Shown here: positions 9,677 to 19,687 of the stretch, in pieces
Layout: each line of letters starts with the position of its first letter
Position numbering within the stretch: position 1 is the first letter of the stretch
NCBI GenBank assembly: GCA_039803205.1
Contig: JBDRYB010000004.1
Span: 70,940 to 134,939 of the forward strand
Length of the DNA: 64,000 nt
Direction of reading: 5' to 3'
Source: a candidate division WOR-3 bacterium
GTDB taxonomy: Bacteria; Hydrothermota; Hydrothermia; JBDRYB01
Program-made: the position numbers and the translations under genes
The notes under the pieces: model-generated
Told to the model about the DNA's origin: nothing
Database searches by the model: none
The model's input: only the letters and a program-made list of their open reading frames with translations

Positions 9677-9921
9677 TAGACCACAGAGACATAGACCCTG
9701 CCCTTTCTGCGCTCAAACCTTACTGTGCCTTCTTTGAGAGCAAAAAGGGTGTCATCTCCGCCCCTGCGAACATTTGTCCCGGGGTAGATCCTGGTTCCCC
9801 TTTGCCGGACGAGAATCTGGCCAGGCCTCGCTATCTGGCCATCGCCCATTTTAACGCCCAAACGCTTTCCTGGACTATCCCTTCCATTTCTCGTTGATCC
9901 CTGGCCTTTCTTGTGAGCCAT
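9676..9921 (-). CDS. rpmA: 50S ribosomal protein L27
   Basis: 81 aa; [23 protein letters not shown].. conserved bL27 N-terminus. Confidence 0.9.
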   Translation of the reverse strand: MAHKKGQGSTRNGRDSPGKRLGVKMGDGQIARPGQILVRQRGTRIYPGTNVRRGGDDTLFALKEGTVRFERRKGRVYVSVV

Positions 9922-9946
9922 GGTAACCTCCTTGCCGGAGATACAA

Positions 9947-9976
9947 ATGATAATCCAGGGCTACGCCCCGGATCAA
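9947..9976 (-). promoter_or_regulatory. candidate sigma70 promoter for rpmA-lipoprotein-nuoABCDEF
   Basis: On the minus strand: TTGATC, 18-nt spacer, TATCAT, then AAGGAGG SD before the rpmA ATG. Weak -10. Confidence 0.3.
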
Positions 9977-9984
9977 GGCCTCGT

Positions 9985-10550
9985 ATAGCTGAGATCTCAC
10001 ACTTTCCTCCCCTCTGAAACCCTTATCCTGCAAGACTCTCAAACCCTTGGGGCCGTAGTGGCCCAGGGAGGCCCTGAGGGATGAAAATATAATCCCGGCC
10101 CCAAGAAGGAAGGGCCGGGAAAGGAGAAAAAATATGACCCTTTCTCCACAAGTATCAAGCAAGCTGAAGCTATGGCTCAAGTCCATGGGGGCCAAAGAGG
10201 GTCTCGTCCTGGGCAAGGTGCGCATCTAGGCAATTGAGTATTCCCGCTCAAGCCTCGCATGGTGGGAGGCAAAATCCGAGGTCAAAAGGGCTTCCTCAGG
10301 GGATACATGGATGCGATAAACCTTGTGAGATACCTGCAAAGACATAGACAGCACGGATGAGGACTCTGAGAACAGGTTTCTGATGATAGCCAAGCCCCTA
10401 CTCAAGAGGCTACTCATCATAGGGGACAGAAGATACGCTGACGGCAAGAGCTCACCAGGAAGATACGCTAAGTTCTTGTGCCCCAAGAACTACAGGCTAT
10501 CCTAATTCAAACCTTGTTTTTGGAAGGTGGGGATATGTGAGATCTCAGGC
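9985..10550. repeat. decayed insertion-element-like segment bounded by TGAGATCTCACA palindromic inverted repeats
   Basis: TGAGATCTCACAC at 9990 and its reverse-complement partner at 10538, with about 20-bp imperfect TIR-like similarity inward. The interior has only short broken ORFs (e.g. LIIGDRRYADGKSSPGRYAKFLCPKNYRLS). Confidence 0.3.
10083..10119 (-). terminator. rho-independent terminator downstream of FG-GAP gene
   Basis: Minus strand: stem CCCGGCC..GGCCGGG followed by ATTATATTTTCAT. Confidence 0.45.
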
Positions 10551-10587
10551 AATTTCAAAAACAGTCGCCTCCAGGTTGCTGTTGGTT

Positions 10588-12444
10588 TTACTTTACCAGC
10601 AACTTGGCTGTGGCCGTTCTCTCCCTGCTCTTGTAGACCGCCATGTAAATCCCAGCAGGGACAGATGGCCTGAACTCAAAGACACCCGGCCCCATGTCTC
10701 CTTCGTGAATAACGCTGAGGAGTCGGCCAGTGGCATCGTAGAGACTGAGCCTAGCGGTTGTAGGCCCTGGAAGCTCAAGAACCAGAGCGTCCCCTCTTTG
10801 GTTCATCCTGAACACAGAGGGCATGGGCTTTGTCTCCTCAACCTTCTCATACAGGGGGCAAGAGGTGTATTTTATCCAGACCCCTCCCTGGGTCGCTATC
10901 TCCCTGTTGACCTGGTCGGCCCTGAGCACTATCCTGTATTGGAAATACTTCTTGCATGGTGTCCCCAGGAAAATAGAATCAGCCCCTGTTCCCTCTGGTA
11001 GGAATATGGGGCCCACCCAGGGCGCGGCCAGTATCTCTGCCACGGTGTTCCCAGCGCGCCAGAATAGCGCGACAGCGGTATCGTTTGGAATGCAAGTCCC
11101 ATATCCCCACCCGAACCAGGATATTGCGCCTCCTGAATCCGCTACAGCGTGCAGTTGCAGAATTGAGGATTCAAGCCATCCTGACGGGGCGAAGGCGGAT
11201 ACCATTCTGTTCTCGTATATGGCGTGCTCCCCCTCCCTGGTGGCGAATATGTCAATATCAGGGGTGCACGAGATCTGGTCAGCATCATCAGGATAAACCC
11301 AGTGGGAGTTGAAGAAGCCTGCGATGAAATATTCCGTGAATGTTGGGAAAGGAAGAGTCTGCCGGAAATAGCCGAGATTCGACCAACCCCCTGATATATC
11401 CGTGAGGCCGTCCAGATCCATGTCCCTGGCTATACTGCCGTCAGTGTAGCTGCCAGCGTCGCCGGTAAGGGGAGTCCAAACATAGTTGAAACCTGTTCCG
11501 TCATTCAGAAGTCCCTCAAACCTGTATTGACCCAGGGAGTTCGGATATGTGGCTACTGTGATGTCAAGGTCCCCATCCCTGTCAAGGTCATTGAACCACA
11601 TCCCGTCCACGCAGGAGAAGAAATAGCCTACGGTGTTCAGGCTAAAGCTTCCTGATCCATCATTGATAAAAACATTGGCCATGCCGTTTCCACAGCAACC
11701 GGTCGCCACGAAATCCGGATCAAGGTCCCCGTCAAGGTCGCCAATTGCTAGCCGCCAGACATCTATGCCCGGAAGCCAAACAACCTCCTCGGTGAAGTTG
11801 CCTGAGCCGTCGTTCCTGTAGAGCCATATTCCGGGGACATCCCACCAGCTTCGGTTTGAAGCCAGTATGTCCTTGTCCCCATCCCCATCAAAGTCAGCTG
11901 AGAAAGCACGGGACCGAGAGCTGCTTGTCAGGGTTGTCGCGGCCCAGGCACCGCCGTTGTTTCTGTAGAAGATGAGCCTCCCGTTGGGGTCTCCTGCACC
12001 TGCGTCAGCGACCACAACATCCCCATCCCCATCCCCATCAAAGTCATCTGCCCAAACCCCAGCGTAGCCTTCACTCGTGAGTGTTCCAAGGTTTGCTATG
12101 TCATGGGGTATGTATGTCCAGTTGGCAACGAACTCATACCAGCGGACTATCTCTCCGCTGAGAAGGATCAAATCCTTATCCCCATCCCCGTCTATATCAA
12201 ACGGTGTGAATCCCTGGTAGTGATGCTTGCCGCCAGCGTCTATGCTGTGGGCTGTCCAACTGGTGAACATCCAAAGGATGGCAACTAGGGAGAGTATGCC
12301 CGGATTTGAATAGTTGACATTCTGAGACTGCCAGAAACGGTTTCCCCAGGCCGCTACAGGCCCCTGAACCCCTGGCCCCCCAGACCAGTCGTTCTGGAAG
12401 GCATATATCTGCGATAGGAGCAAAACCATCAACATAATATTCAC
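10588..12444 (-). CDS. secreted FG-GAP/VCBS repeat (beta-propeller) protein with T9SS-type C-terminal sorting domain
   Basis: Signal peptide. Repeated Ca-binding-like DxDxDG motifs (DGDGDKDLIL, FDGDGDGDVVVAD, DFDGDGDKDIL, DLDRDGDLDI). C-terminal tail LSLYDATGRLL...GIYMAVYKS...KLLVK. Confidence 0.75.
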   Translation of the reverse strand: MNIMLMVLLLSQIYAFQNDWSGGPGVQGPVAAWGNRFWQSQNVNYSNPGILSLVAILWMFTSWTAHSIDAGGKHHYQGFTPFDIDGDGDKDLILLSGEIVRWYEFVANWTYIPHDIANLGTLTSEGYAGVWADDFDGDGDGDVVVADAGAGDPNGRLIFYRNNGGAWAATTLTSSSRSRAFSADFDGDGDKDILASNRSWWDVPGIWLYRNDGSGNFTEEVVWLPGIDVWRLAIGDLDGDLDPDFVATGCCGNGMANVFINDGSGSFSLNTVGYFFSCVDGMWFNDLDRDGDLDITVATYPNSLGQYRFEGLLNDGTGFNYVWTPLTGDAGSYTDGSIARDMDLDGLTDISGGWSNLGYFRQTLPFPTFTEYFIAGFFNSHWVYPDDADQISCTPDIDIFATREGEHAIYENRMVSAFAPSGWLESSILQLHAVADSGGAISWFGWGYGTCIPNDTAVALFWRAGNTVAEILAAPWVGPIFLPEGTGADSIFLGTPCKKYFQYRIVLRADQVNREIATQGGVWIKYTSCPLYEKVEETKPMPSVFRMNQRGDALVLELPGPTTARLSLYDATGRLLSVIHEGDMGPGVFEFRPSVPAGIYMAVYKSRERTATAKLLVK

Positions 12445-12541
12445 ACCTCCATCTTAGTTGCCTAAAGTATACACCTTCCCTCGTGGATTTTCAAGTTTGC
12501 GAGGGCGTCATTAACCCGGATTTGGTCTTTGAGTTGAACCT

Positions 12542-14182
12542 CTAATATTTCCTATCCGATTCCAGGAGGGATCTGAGGAGGTCAGCCCTTATTGGGTTTT
12601 GGAGCTTGCGAAGCGCCTTTGCCTCTATCTGGCGGATGCGCTCACGAGTTACCCCGAATATGTATCCTACCTCCTCAAGGGTCTTCGGGGGCTCGTTGTT
12701 CAGACCGAATCTGAGCTCTATGACCTTCTTCTCCCTCTTAGTCAGCGTTGATAGGACATCATCAAGTCGCTCCCTGAGAAGGATGTCCCTCGCGTCCTCG
12801 TAGGGGGTAGGCTGTATGGTGTCAACCAGGAGGTCGCCCATATATGTGTCATCGTTCTTGCCTATGGGCTTGTCTATTGATATGGGATCCCTCGCCGCTT
12901 CCATGGCCTGCTTGACCTTCTCAACCCTCACATCAATGTATTCCGCTACCTCCTTAGCCGTTGGTTCCCTTCCGTATTCCTGCATGAGAAGGCGAGAGGC
13001 CTTTGAGATCTTGGTTATGGTCTCTATCATGTGTATCGGTATCCGGATCGTCCTTGACTGGTCAGCAATTGCCCTTGTTATGGACTGCCTTATCCACCAT
13101 GTAGCGTATGTTGAGAACTTGTAGCCCTTCCTGTAGTCAAACTTCTCTATTGCCTTCATGAGGCCGACATTACCTTCCTGGACGAGGTCCATGAAGTCAA
13201 GCCCGCGATTCAAAAAGCGCTTTGCTATACCTATAACGAGCCGGACATTTCCACATGTCATCCTTTCCTTGGCTTCCATGAAGAGCTCGTATTCAGCGTT
13301 AAGCCTTGCCGCGTAGTCAATCCCGTCCTGAACATCCATTCCAAGGGTCTTCGTGACTTCTCTGAGCCTGTTCCGCAATCTCCTCAATTCCTGCTTTGCC
13401 GTGTCTATCCGCTCAGCGGCATCAGGGTCCTTTGAGCCTTCAAGCAGGAGTATTTCGTGCTCAAGCTTCCTTATCCTGGTGTCAAGCTCCTTCGCCTTGC
13501 TCACCAGGCTCATGAAATCGTCAAGCCAGCGGAAAACTACCTTGGTTTTAGGTTTCAGCGCGTCTATCTTGTTGACTATCTCAAACAGAGCCCTTTTGGC
13601 CTTTTGGGCTTCCTCCTGGCTCACCTCCTCAAACCAGGTCTTGCGCACCATCTCAAAACGCTCTGTCAGATAAGCAAAAGCCTCAGCGACTCGGGCCTTT
13701 TCCTCAGCGTTCTTCTGCCTGCTCGTCCAGTATTTGGAGTCAACCTGAACCAGGTCCTCTATCTGCATTATGTCCTTCTCAGTGAGCTCTATTGCCTTGA
13801 AGAACTTCTTCAGGCCGAACTTGGTTGAAAAGAGTATCCTGATGATGTTGCGCCTAGCATCATCCAGCTGCTTTGAGTATATTACCTCTTCCTCCTTCTT
13901 GAGGAGTCGCAGGTTTGATATCTGCTTCAGGTATGCTTTTGCCGGATCGCCGCCTGCACCAGGGAATTCCTCCTCTGGCACGAAGGATCTCTTCTTGGTC
14001 TTGGCACCCGCTACCTCAACCTCCACGCCGGCTTCCATCAGAGCGACCACTATCTCATCCATGGAATCAGCCGAATAGCCAACCGAGGGCAGGAGCGCGG
14101 TTATCTCCTTGTAGGTTATCCTGCCCTTTCTTTTGGCCTTTTTGACCAGCTCCTCTATGCTTTCGTCTCTCTTCTCTTCCAT
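12542..14182 (-). CDS. rpoD: RNA polymerase sigma factor RpoD (sigma-70)
   Basis: Regions 1.1 to 4; [28 protein letters not shown] (region 2.4/3) and C-terminal HTH ..[25 protein letters not shown]. Confidence 0.95.
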   Translation of the reverse strand: MEEKRDESIEELVKKAKRKGRITYKEITALLPSVGYSADSMDEIVVALMEAGVEVEVAGAKTKKRSFVPEEEFPGAGGDPAKAYLKQISNLRLLKKEEEVIYSKQLDDARRNIIRILFSTKFGLKKFFKAIELTEKDIMQIEDLVQVDSKYWTSRQKNAEEKARVAEAFAYLTERFEMVRKTWFEEVSQEEAQKAKRALFEIVNKIDALKPKTKVVFRWLDDFMSLVSKAKELDTRIRKLEHEILLLEGSKDPDAAERIDTAKQELRRLRNRLREVTKTLGMDVQDGIDYAARLNAEYELFMEAKERMTCGNVRLVIGIAKRFLNRGLDFMDLVQEGNVGLMKAIEKFDYRKGYKFSTYATWWIRQSITRAIADQSRTIRIPIHMIETITKISKASRLLMQEYGREPTAKEVAEYIDVRVEKVKQAMEAARDPISIDKPIGKNDDTYMGDLLVDTIQPTPYEDARDILLRERLDDVLSTLTKREKKVIELRFGLNNEPPKTLEEVGYIFGVTRERIRQIEAKALRKLQNPIRADLLRSLLESDRKY

Positions 14183-14195
14183 TTCTCAATCCTTT

Positions 14196-16037
14196 TTATT
14201 TTTCATCGTTCCAGACAGGCTCGTTTATCCGCGACAGAAGAAGATCAAGCCTGTCCAGTTCAGCCTCAACCCCACTTCCATCCTCGCGGTTGCTAACCTT
14301 TTCCCATATCTCCCACAACCTTTCCAGTAAGATCTTTCGCCTTTCCGGATAACGAACCTTTCTTTCCCTTATCTTCTCAAGGGTGTTCTTTATGCGGCCC
14401 ATCAGTCGCTGGGCGCTTAGGGCCGCGTTTGCGGCCTCCGGATCGCTCTCGGTCTTTGCGATCCGGGCCTTTTGCCTTCTTATTGCATCAAAGACCATTA
14501 TAGCAAAGGACATCTTGAGGTCCTCATCCGCTATCTCCTGTGCTGTAAGAACGGCTGAGACCATCTCCCCAAGCCCCTCCTCCCGAACGATCTCGGCTAC
14601 GGGTTTACCTTCCCGCCACAGCTCCAAAAGCCTCCTGGCCGCCGGGTTATTCAGGTCCTCTGGCTCCAAGAGGGAAAGAACAGAGGAAAAGAATTTCTCC
14701 TTTGACCGGGCGATCGCGTGCGCAATAAAGAACACCTCTCTACCCGAGCATTTCTCTTCATCTGCGGATTTTTTCACTGGGCCTTGGTTTGAGAGCCTTT
14801 GATTCACCCCAGAGACCCAGTCCTGGCCGTATCCGAGAATTTCCCTGGCGGCTGAAAGATACGCCTCGCGCTCCTCGGGCAAGAGGGGCCTGAGAATCTC
14901 CATGATCTCCCTTTCAAATCCCTTCTTGCCCTCAAGGGAGCTATCGTAAAAACTACTGAAGAGAAACTCAATCCAATCGGGCGCGCTCTCAAGGGAGACG
15001 CGAAGCGCATCAGCGTTTTCTCCTGCAACCAGGCTTGCTGGGTCCTCCCCCTCCGGAAGCCTCGCAACCTTCACGAGGAGCCCATTCTGGACCAGATATG
15101 GGATTGCTCTTCTTGCGGCTAGCCTGCCCGCATTATCGCCATCAAAGGCTATTATCACCTTATCCGAATACTTCCTGAGCAACCTGGCCTGGGAAGGGGT
15201 CAGAGCGGTTCCCAAAGGCGCGACCGCGTTTTTGAGGCCAGCTTGATGCGAGAGAACCACATCAAGGTTCCCCTCAACGAGGACGGCAGAACCAGTCTTG
15301 CGCATCTCTTGGCGAGACCTCCACAACCCGTATAAGAGCTCCCCCTTCTTGAAATACTGGGTCTCAGGGGTGTTCAGATACTTTGGCTCATCACCGCCGA
15401 GCGCCCTTCCAGAGAATCCAAGGATGTTTTTGCCTGACGGAGAGTAAACCGGAAAGACAATCCTATTTCTGAAAAAGTCAAACCAAGCGCCGGAGGGCCC
15501 CCTGTGAACCAGGCCCCCAGCGGCAAGCTCATCCACCCCGAAGCCCTGATCGTGCGCGGCGCGCAGGAGAGCGTTTTCGCTTGGTGCATAACCGATGGCG
15601 AAATCATTGATGCTTTCCGCGGTTATTCCGCGGGACTTGAGGTATTCAAGAGCGATCCTGCCATCAGGCGAGAAGAGCCTCTCGTGGTAGAACCTGAGCG
15701 CGAAATCCAGGGCCTCGGCTGGTCTAGGCTTTTCCCGAGAGGTTGGGGTTTCTGGCTTTGGAACCCCGAACCGTTCCGCGAGGTAATCAAGAGCCTCCGG
15801 AAAAGAGAGCCCTTCGCTCTCCATAACGAATTTTATGGCGTCTCCGGATGCTCCACAGCCAAAGCAGTAATAAAGCCCAAGGTCAGGCTCCACATAGAAA
15901 CTGGGGGTCTTTTCTCTGTGGAATGGGCAAAGGGCCTTGAGGCGCCTGCCAGACCTGGTTAATCTTATCCCCCTCTCAGCCATGAGCTGGGTTATATCCG
16001 TGGCCTCGCGAACTTTCTCTACGAAATCCCTATCCAT
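14196..16037 (-). CDS. dnaG: DNA primase
   Basis: Zinc-ribbon CPFHREKTPSFYV, TOPRIM region (..VLVEGNLDVV.., ..AFDGDNAGRLAA..). Confidence 0.9.
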   Translation of the reverse strand: MDRDFVEKVREATDITQLMAERGIRLTRSGRRLKALCPFHREKTPSFYVEPDLGLYYCFGCGASGDAIKFVMESEGLSFPEALDYLAERFGVPKPETPTSREKPRPAEALDFALRFYHERLFSPDGRIALEYLKSRGITAESINDFAIGYAPSENALLRAAHDQGFGVDELAAGGLVHRGPSGAWFDFFRNRIVFPVYSPSGKNILGFSGRALGGDEPKYLNTPETQYFKKGELLYGLWRSRQEMRKTGSAVLVEGNLDVVLSHQAGLKNAVAPLGTALTPSQARLLRKYSDKVIIAFDGDNAGRLAARRAIPYLVQNGLLVKVARLPEGEDPASLVAGENADALRVSLESAPDWIEFLFSSFYDSSLEGKKGFEREIMEILRPLLPEEREAYLSAAREILGYGQDWVSGVNQRLSNQGPVKKSADEEKCSGREVFFIAHAIARSKEKFFSSVLSLLEPEDLNNPAARRLLELWREGKPVAEIVREEGLGEMVSAVLTAQEIADEDLKMSFAIMVFDAIRRQKARIAKTESDPEAANAALSAQRLMGRIKNTLEKIRERKVRYPERRKILLERLWEIWEKVSNREDGSGVEAELDRLDLLLSRINEPVWNDEK

Positions 16038-16039
16038 GG

Positions 16040-17995
16040 CTATACCTCATACAAAGCCGAGCTCTCAACCTCCACCCTTGCGTTACCAACCAGAAGGAGG
16101 GCCTTTGAGCCGCGGATCTCTATTAGCTCCCCAACAAAGCCCATTGGGGATACCCTGTATTCCTTTCCGGGCTCAGGGTTTTCTGCCCTGACCGAGAACG
16201 CTTTGTCCAAAGAGGCCTCAGCCTTCTTGAGCTCCGAGCGCGCCTCCCGGGCCAAAGCGATCCTGCGCTCCGCCCTCGTTTCCTCCCTGAGCTTTCTGGC
16301 CAGCTCTTCAATCTCTCTCCTCGCTTCGGAGATTATCCTCTTCGCTTCCGCTCTCGCGGCGTTTATTATGCGCTCGCGCTCAGCCTCAGCCTCGGCTATG
16401 AGGGATCTCTGTTTGGCCAGAGAGGCCTTGAGCTCGGATTCCAACCGGGCTAAGCGCCTGGATGTTCTCGCCATCTCCTCGTCGTATCCCTGCATAGCGG
16501 CCTCAGCTGAGAGAATCACATCCTCAGGGAAGCCTGCCCTTCTCGCTGAGGCTATAGCGTAGCTCTCGGCTATTGCTCCCAGCTTAAAAGAGTATGTGGG
16601 ATTGCCATCTGGCCCCAACTGCGCGGCCGCTGTGAGAAATCCCTCCTGGCCCTTGGCCAGGTTCTTCAACACTGTGAGGTGGGTTGTGGAGAAGGTCGTG
16701 GCACCCGCATCAGAAAGCCTCTTCAGTATTGCGAAAGCAAGGGCTCCGCCCTCAGTCGGGTCTGTTGATGAGAGAACCTCATCAAAGAAGGCCACGGTCC
16801 CAGGCCCCGCGCTCTCAAGAACCTCTCTCACCTCCTCAAGTAGGCCAGTAAAGGATGAAAGCCCTCGTTCAACGCTTTGCTCCTCCTCAAAACCTATCGC
16901 GAACAACCTCTCCGGAAGCCATATCCTTATCTCTTCTCCCGGGAACGGCAAGCCGCACGCGCCCGCGAGAAAAGCCAGGGCTATTGTCTTCATCGCGATT
17001 GTCTTTCCGCCAGCATTTGGCCCCGTGAATATGAGAGCGCTTACATATGGGCCTATCCTGAGATCAAGCGGAACCGTGTGAGAACTTCCCTTGACCGAAA
17101 GGAGTATTGGGTGCTTGGCTCCCCTGAGGACGAGCCCCCTATCCTTGATTATCGTTGGAATGCAAGCACCAAAAGCCTCGGCGTAGCGGGCCTTTGCCCA
17201 GATCAGGTCCGCTTTGCCAAGAGCATCATAAAGGTCTCTGAGAAAGCCTGAGTTAGCCCTGGCCCTCTCGGTCAGATCCGAGATTATCCGAGAGACCTCC
17301 TCTCTCTCCTCCTCCTCAAGGCGAATGAGCCGGTTCTGCTCATCCACGCATTCCAAAGGCTCAACATACTGGGTCTCGGTTGTCCGCGAGTATCCGTGAA
17401 TTATGCCATCCGTCTTAGCCGAGGAGGAGAACGCGAGAACGAACCTCCCGCCGCGAACCGTCACCACCTCGTCACGGAGCGAGTCCCTATATCTCTCTGC
17501 GACGCGCTCCATGAGAGAGATAACCCTTTGACGCTGTCTGCGTTTTGCTTCTCTGAGCCTTTTCAGGGTCGGGGTGGCGCTATCAACCACCTGGCCATCG
17601 GGATCAAAGCTCCCCTGAATGTCCTTGGCCAGGGGGATCAGGTAATACGGATCCGGAACAACACCCAGGCTCTCTAGAGCGTCGTATATCCTCGCTCCTG
17701 CTGTGATGAGCCAGGAGAGCTCAAGGAGCTCCTTGCCCGTGAGCACCGAACCTATCCTGAGTTTTTCAAGTGCCTTCTCCGCATCCGGAACATCGTGGAA
17801 CGGAGGGGAAACCCCCTCTCTGAGGAGTTCAAGGGCTTTCTTCGTCAGATCGTGCTCCCTCGCGGCTTCATCGGGCTTCATGGGCTTGACGCGAGCTATA
17901 GCGGCCCTGCCTGGCGGGGATGACAGAAATCCCCCGATAATTTCGAGCCACAGCCCGAACTCCAATCGGTGGAGGGTTCTCTCCTCGGCGTTCAT
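16040..17995 (-). CDS. mutS2: MutS2-family protein (Smr-less)
   Basis: MutS domain V Walker A (FTGPNAGGKTIAMKTIAL), long coiled-coil, KOW-like C-terminus. Ends 3 nt before dnaG, so there is no room for an Smr domain. Confidence 0.75.
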   Translation of the reverse strand: MNAEERTLHRLEFGLWLEIIGGFLSSPPGRAAIARVKPMKPDEAAREHDLTKKALELLREGVSPPFHDVPDAEKALEKLRIGSVLTGKELLELSWLITAGARIYDALESLGVVPDPYYLIPLAKDIQGSFDPDGQVVDSATPTLKRLREAKRRQRQRVISLMERVAERYRDSLRDEVVTVRGGRFVLAFSSSAKTDGIIHGYSRTTETQYVEPLECVDEQNRLIRLEEEEREEVSRIISDLTERARANSGFLRDLYDALGKADLIWAKARYAEAFGACIPTIIKDRGLVLRGAKHPILLSVKGSSHTVPLDLRIGPYVSALIFTGPNAGGKTIAMKTIALAFLAGACGLPFPGEEIRIWLPERLFAIGFEEEQSVERGLSSFTGLLEEVREVLESAGPGTVAFFDEVLSSTDPTEGGALAFAILKRLSDAGATTFSTTHLTVLKNLAKGQEGFLTAAAQLGPDGNPTYSFKLGAIAESYAIASARRAGFPEDVILSAEAAMQGYDEEMARTSRRLARLESELKASLAKQRSLIAEAEAERERIINAARAEAKRIISEARREIEELARKLREETRAERRIALAREARSELKKAEASLDKAFSVRAENPEPGKEYRVSPMGFVGELIEIRGSKALLLVGNARVEVESSALYEV

Positions 17996-17997
17996 CC

Positions 17998-18189
17998 CTA
18001 GAGCTCTCTGGCTCTTCTGGCCGTCCTTCTTCTAGAAGCGATTGCCTTCTTTTTTCTCCGCTCGGAAGGCTTCTCGTAATATTGGAACTTCTTGACATCC
18101 TGAAGCACTCCATCCCTTGAAACGATCTTGCGGAAGCGCTTCACGAGAGAATCAAAGGACTCGCCATCTTTGAGTATAACTCCTGACAT
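17998..18189 (-). CDS. rpsU: 30S ribosomal protein S21
   Basis: 63 aa; ..KRFRK..VLQDVKKFQYYEKPSERRKKKAIASRRR.. bS21 pattern. Confidence 0.85.
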   Translation of the reverse strand: MSGVILKDGESFDSLVKRFRKIVSRDGVLQDVKKFQYYEKPSERRKKKAIASRRRTARRAREL

Positions 18190-18218
18190 GCCTCTATCAC
18201 CTCCTTTCTCTCATGTCC

Positions 18219-18542
18219 TCATCCTGGCGGCCAAGCCATCTGCCTGCCGCCGAGTATGTGAAAATGCAGGTGGGGAACAGCTTGTCCCGCCTGCGGCCCT
18301 TTGTTCAGAACTATCCTGTAGTCGGTGAGGCCAAGTTTCTCTGCGGCCTCTGATATTGCTTCAAGTATGTCTCCGGCTAGGTCAACGATCTCCTCAATCC
18401 TCTCCGCGTGGCGTTTCGGGATCGCGAGGAGATGAACCGGAGCCTGCGGGTTTATGTCCCGAAAAACGAGGACATTCTCGGTCTCGTGTATGACATCCGA
18501 AGGTATTTCGCGGTTGATTATCCTGCAGAAAACGCAATTCAT
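18219..18542 (-). CDS. HIT-family (histidine triad) hydrolase
   Basis: 107 aa; HVHLHIL-type triad ([11 protein letters not shown]). Confidence 0.85.
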   Translation of the reverse strand: MNCVFCRIINREIPSDVIHETENVLVFRDINPQAPVHLLAIPKRHAERIEEIVDLAGDILEAISEAAEKLGLTDYRIVLNKGPQAGQAVPHLHFHILGGRQMAWPPG

Positions 18543-19684
18543 GCCGCTCTCCTCGCTTCCTCTTTTATCCTCTCAAAGAATCCGTTTCGTTTTTCCTCTT
18601 CAAGGAGCCTCTTGTAGAGCTCTTTTTCGGATTTGCCCAGCTTCTCCGGCGTCCTGGCTATGACCCTCACGAAGAGGTCGCCCCTCCCGCCTTTGAGGCC
18701 GGGCATTCCCGCGCCCTTTATCCTGAAAGCGGTGTGGGTCTGGGTTCCCGGCGGAATCCTGATCTCGTGCTCCTGGCCGCCGAGACCGCCAACCATCACC
18801 TTATCACCGAGGGCCAACTGCGCGGGTGAAACGGGAATGTCTCTATATAGGTCATCCCCTTCTCTCCTGAATACCGGATGCGGTTTCTCATCAACCAAGA
18901 CATGGAGGTCTCCCCTTTGGCCGCCCCTGGCACCAGCAGAGCCTTGACCCCTGATGAGAAGCACTTCTCCCTTTCTTATGCCGGCTGGAAACCTGATCTC
19001 TATTTCAACCTCCTTCTTTATCCTTCCGCGCCCCCCGCATTCATGGCACAGGGACTCCAGGACCTCGCCGGCGCCTCCGCACTCCTGGCAGGTTATGGTT
19101 TGGTAGATCGGGCCGAGAAATGTGCGGTGGGCCCTCTGGATGACGCCGCGGCCGCCACACGCGGGGCAGGCCTTGGTTTTTCCCGTTGTCGAACCCGTTC
19201 CCCTGCAGTATCCACAGGGTTCAAATCTTAGAAGCCTTATGCGCTTTGTCGTTTCTCTGGCCATCTCTTCCAAGCTCAGGGGAACGGTTATCCTTAGATC
19301 CTCGCCCGGCCTCGCCTTCAAGCCGCGCTTTGGTCTGGATTGGGTCTGAAACCCGAATAAGCTTCCCAGAAGGTCACCGAAGAAGTCCCCAAATATGTCC
19401 CTGAGGTCATCGTAATGCGAGAAATCCTGCCAGGTGAAGTTCGGTCCTCCCGAGGAGAAGGAGACATCGCCGTATGTATCGTAGGCTCTGCGCTTCTCGG
19501 GATCCATGAGGACCTCGTATGCCTCTGATATCTCCTTGAACCGTTCCTCAGCCTCGGACTTCTTCTCAGGCGGGACCCTATCCGGGTGATACTTCAGGGC
19601 CAGGCGCCTGTATGCTTTCTTTATCTCATCAGGGCTGGCAGACCTTTCAACCCCTAGGATCTTGTAATAATCCTTGGCGGCCAT
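18539..19684 (-). CDS. dnaJ: chaperone DnaJ
   Basis: J-domain ([11 protein letters not shown]), G/F region, four CxxCxGxG zinc-finger repeats, C-terminal domain. Confidence 0.95.
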   Translation of the reverse strand: MAAKDYYKILGVERSASPDEIKKAYRRLALKYHPDRVPPEKKSEAEERFKEISEAYEVLMDPEKRRAYDTYGDVSFSSGGPNFTWQDFSHYDDLRDIFGDFFGDLLGSLFGFQTQSRPKRGLKARPGEDLRITVPLSLEEMARETTKRIRLLRFEPCGYCRGTGSTTGKTKACPACGGRGVIQRAHRTFLGPIYQTITCQECGGAGEVLESLCHECGGRGRIKKEVEIEIRFPAGIRKGEVLLIRGQGSAGARGGQRGDLHVLVDEKPHPVFRREGDDLYRDIPVSPAQLALGDKVMVGGLGGQEHEIRIPPGTQTHTAFRIKGAGMPGLKGGRGDLFVRVIARTPEKLGKSEKELYKRLLEEEKRNGFFERIKEEARRAA

Positions 19685-19687
19685 TAC

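Noticed and set aside
9875-10225. 116-aa ORF upstream of rpmA as a candidate rplU (L21)
   Set aside because: The sequence has no resemblance to bL21. It overlaps the decayed repeat region and is more likely non-coding.
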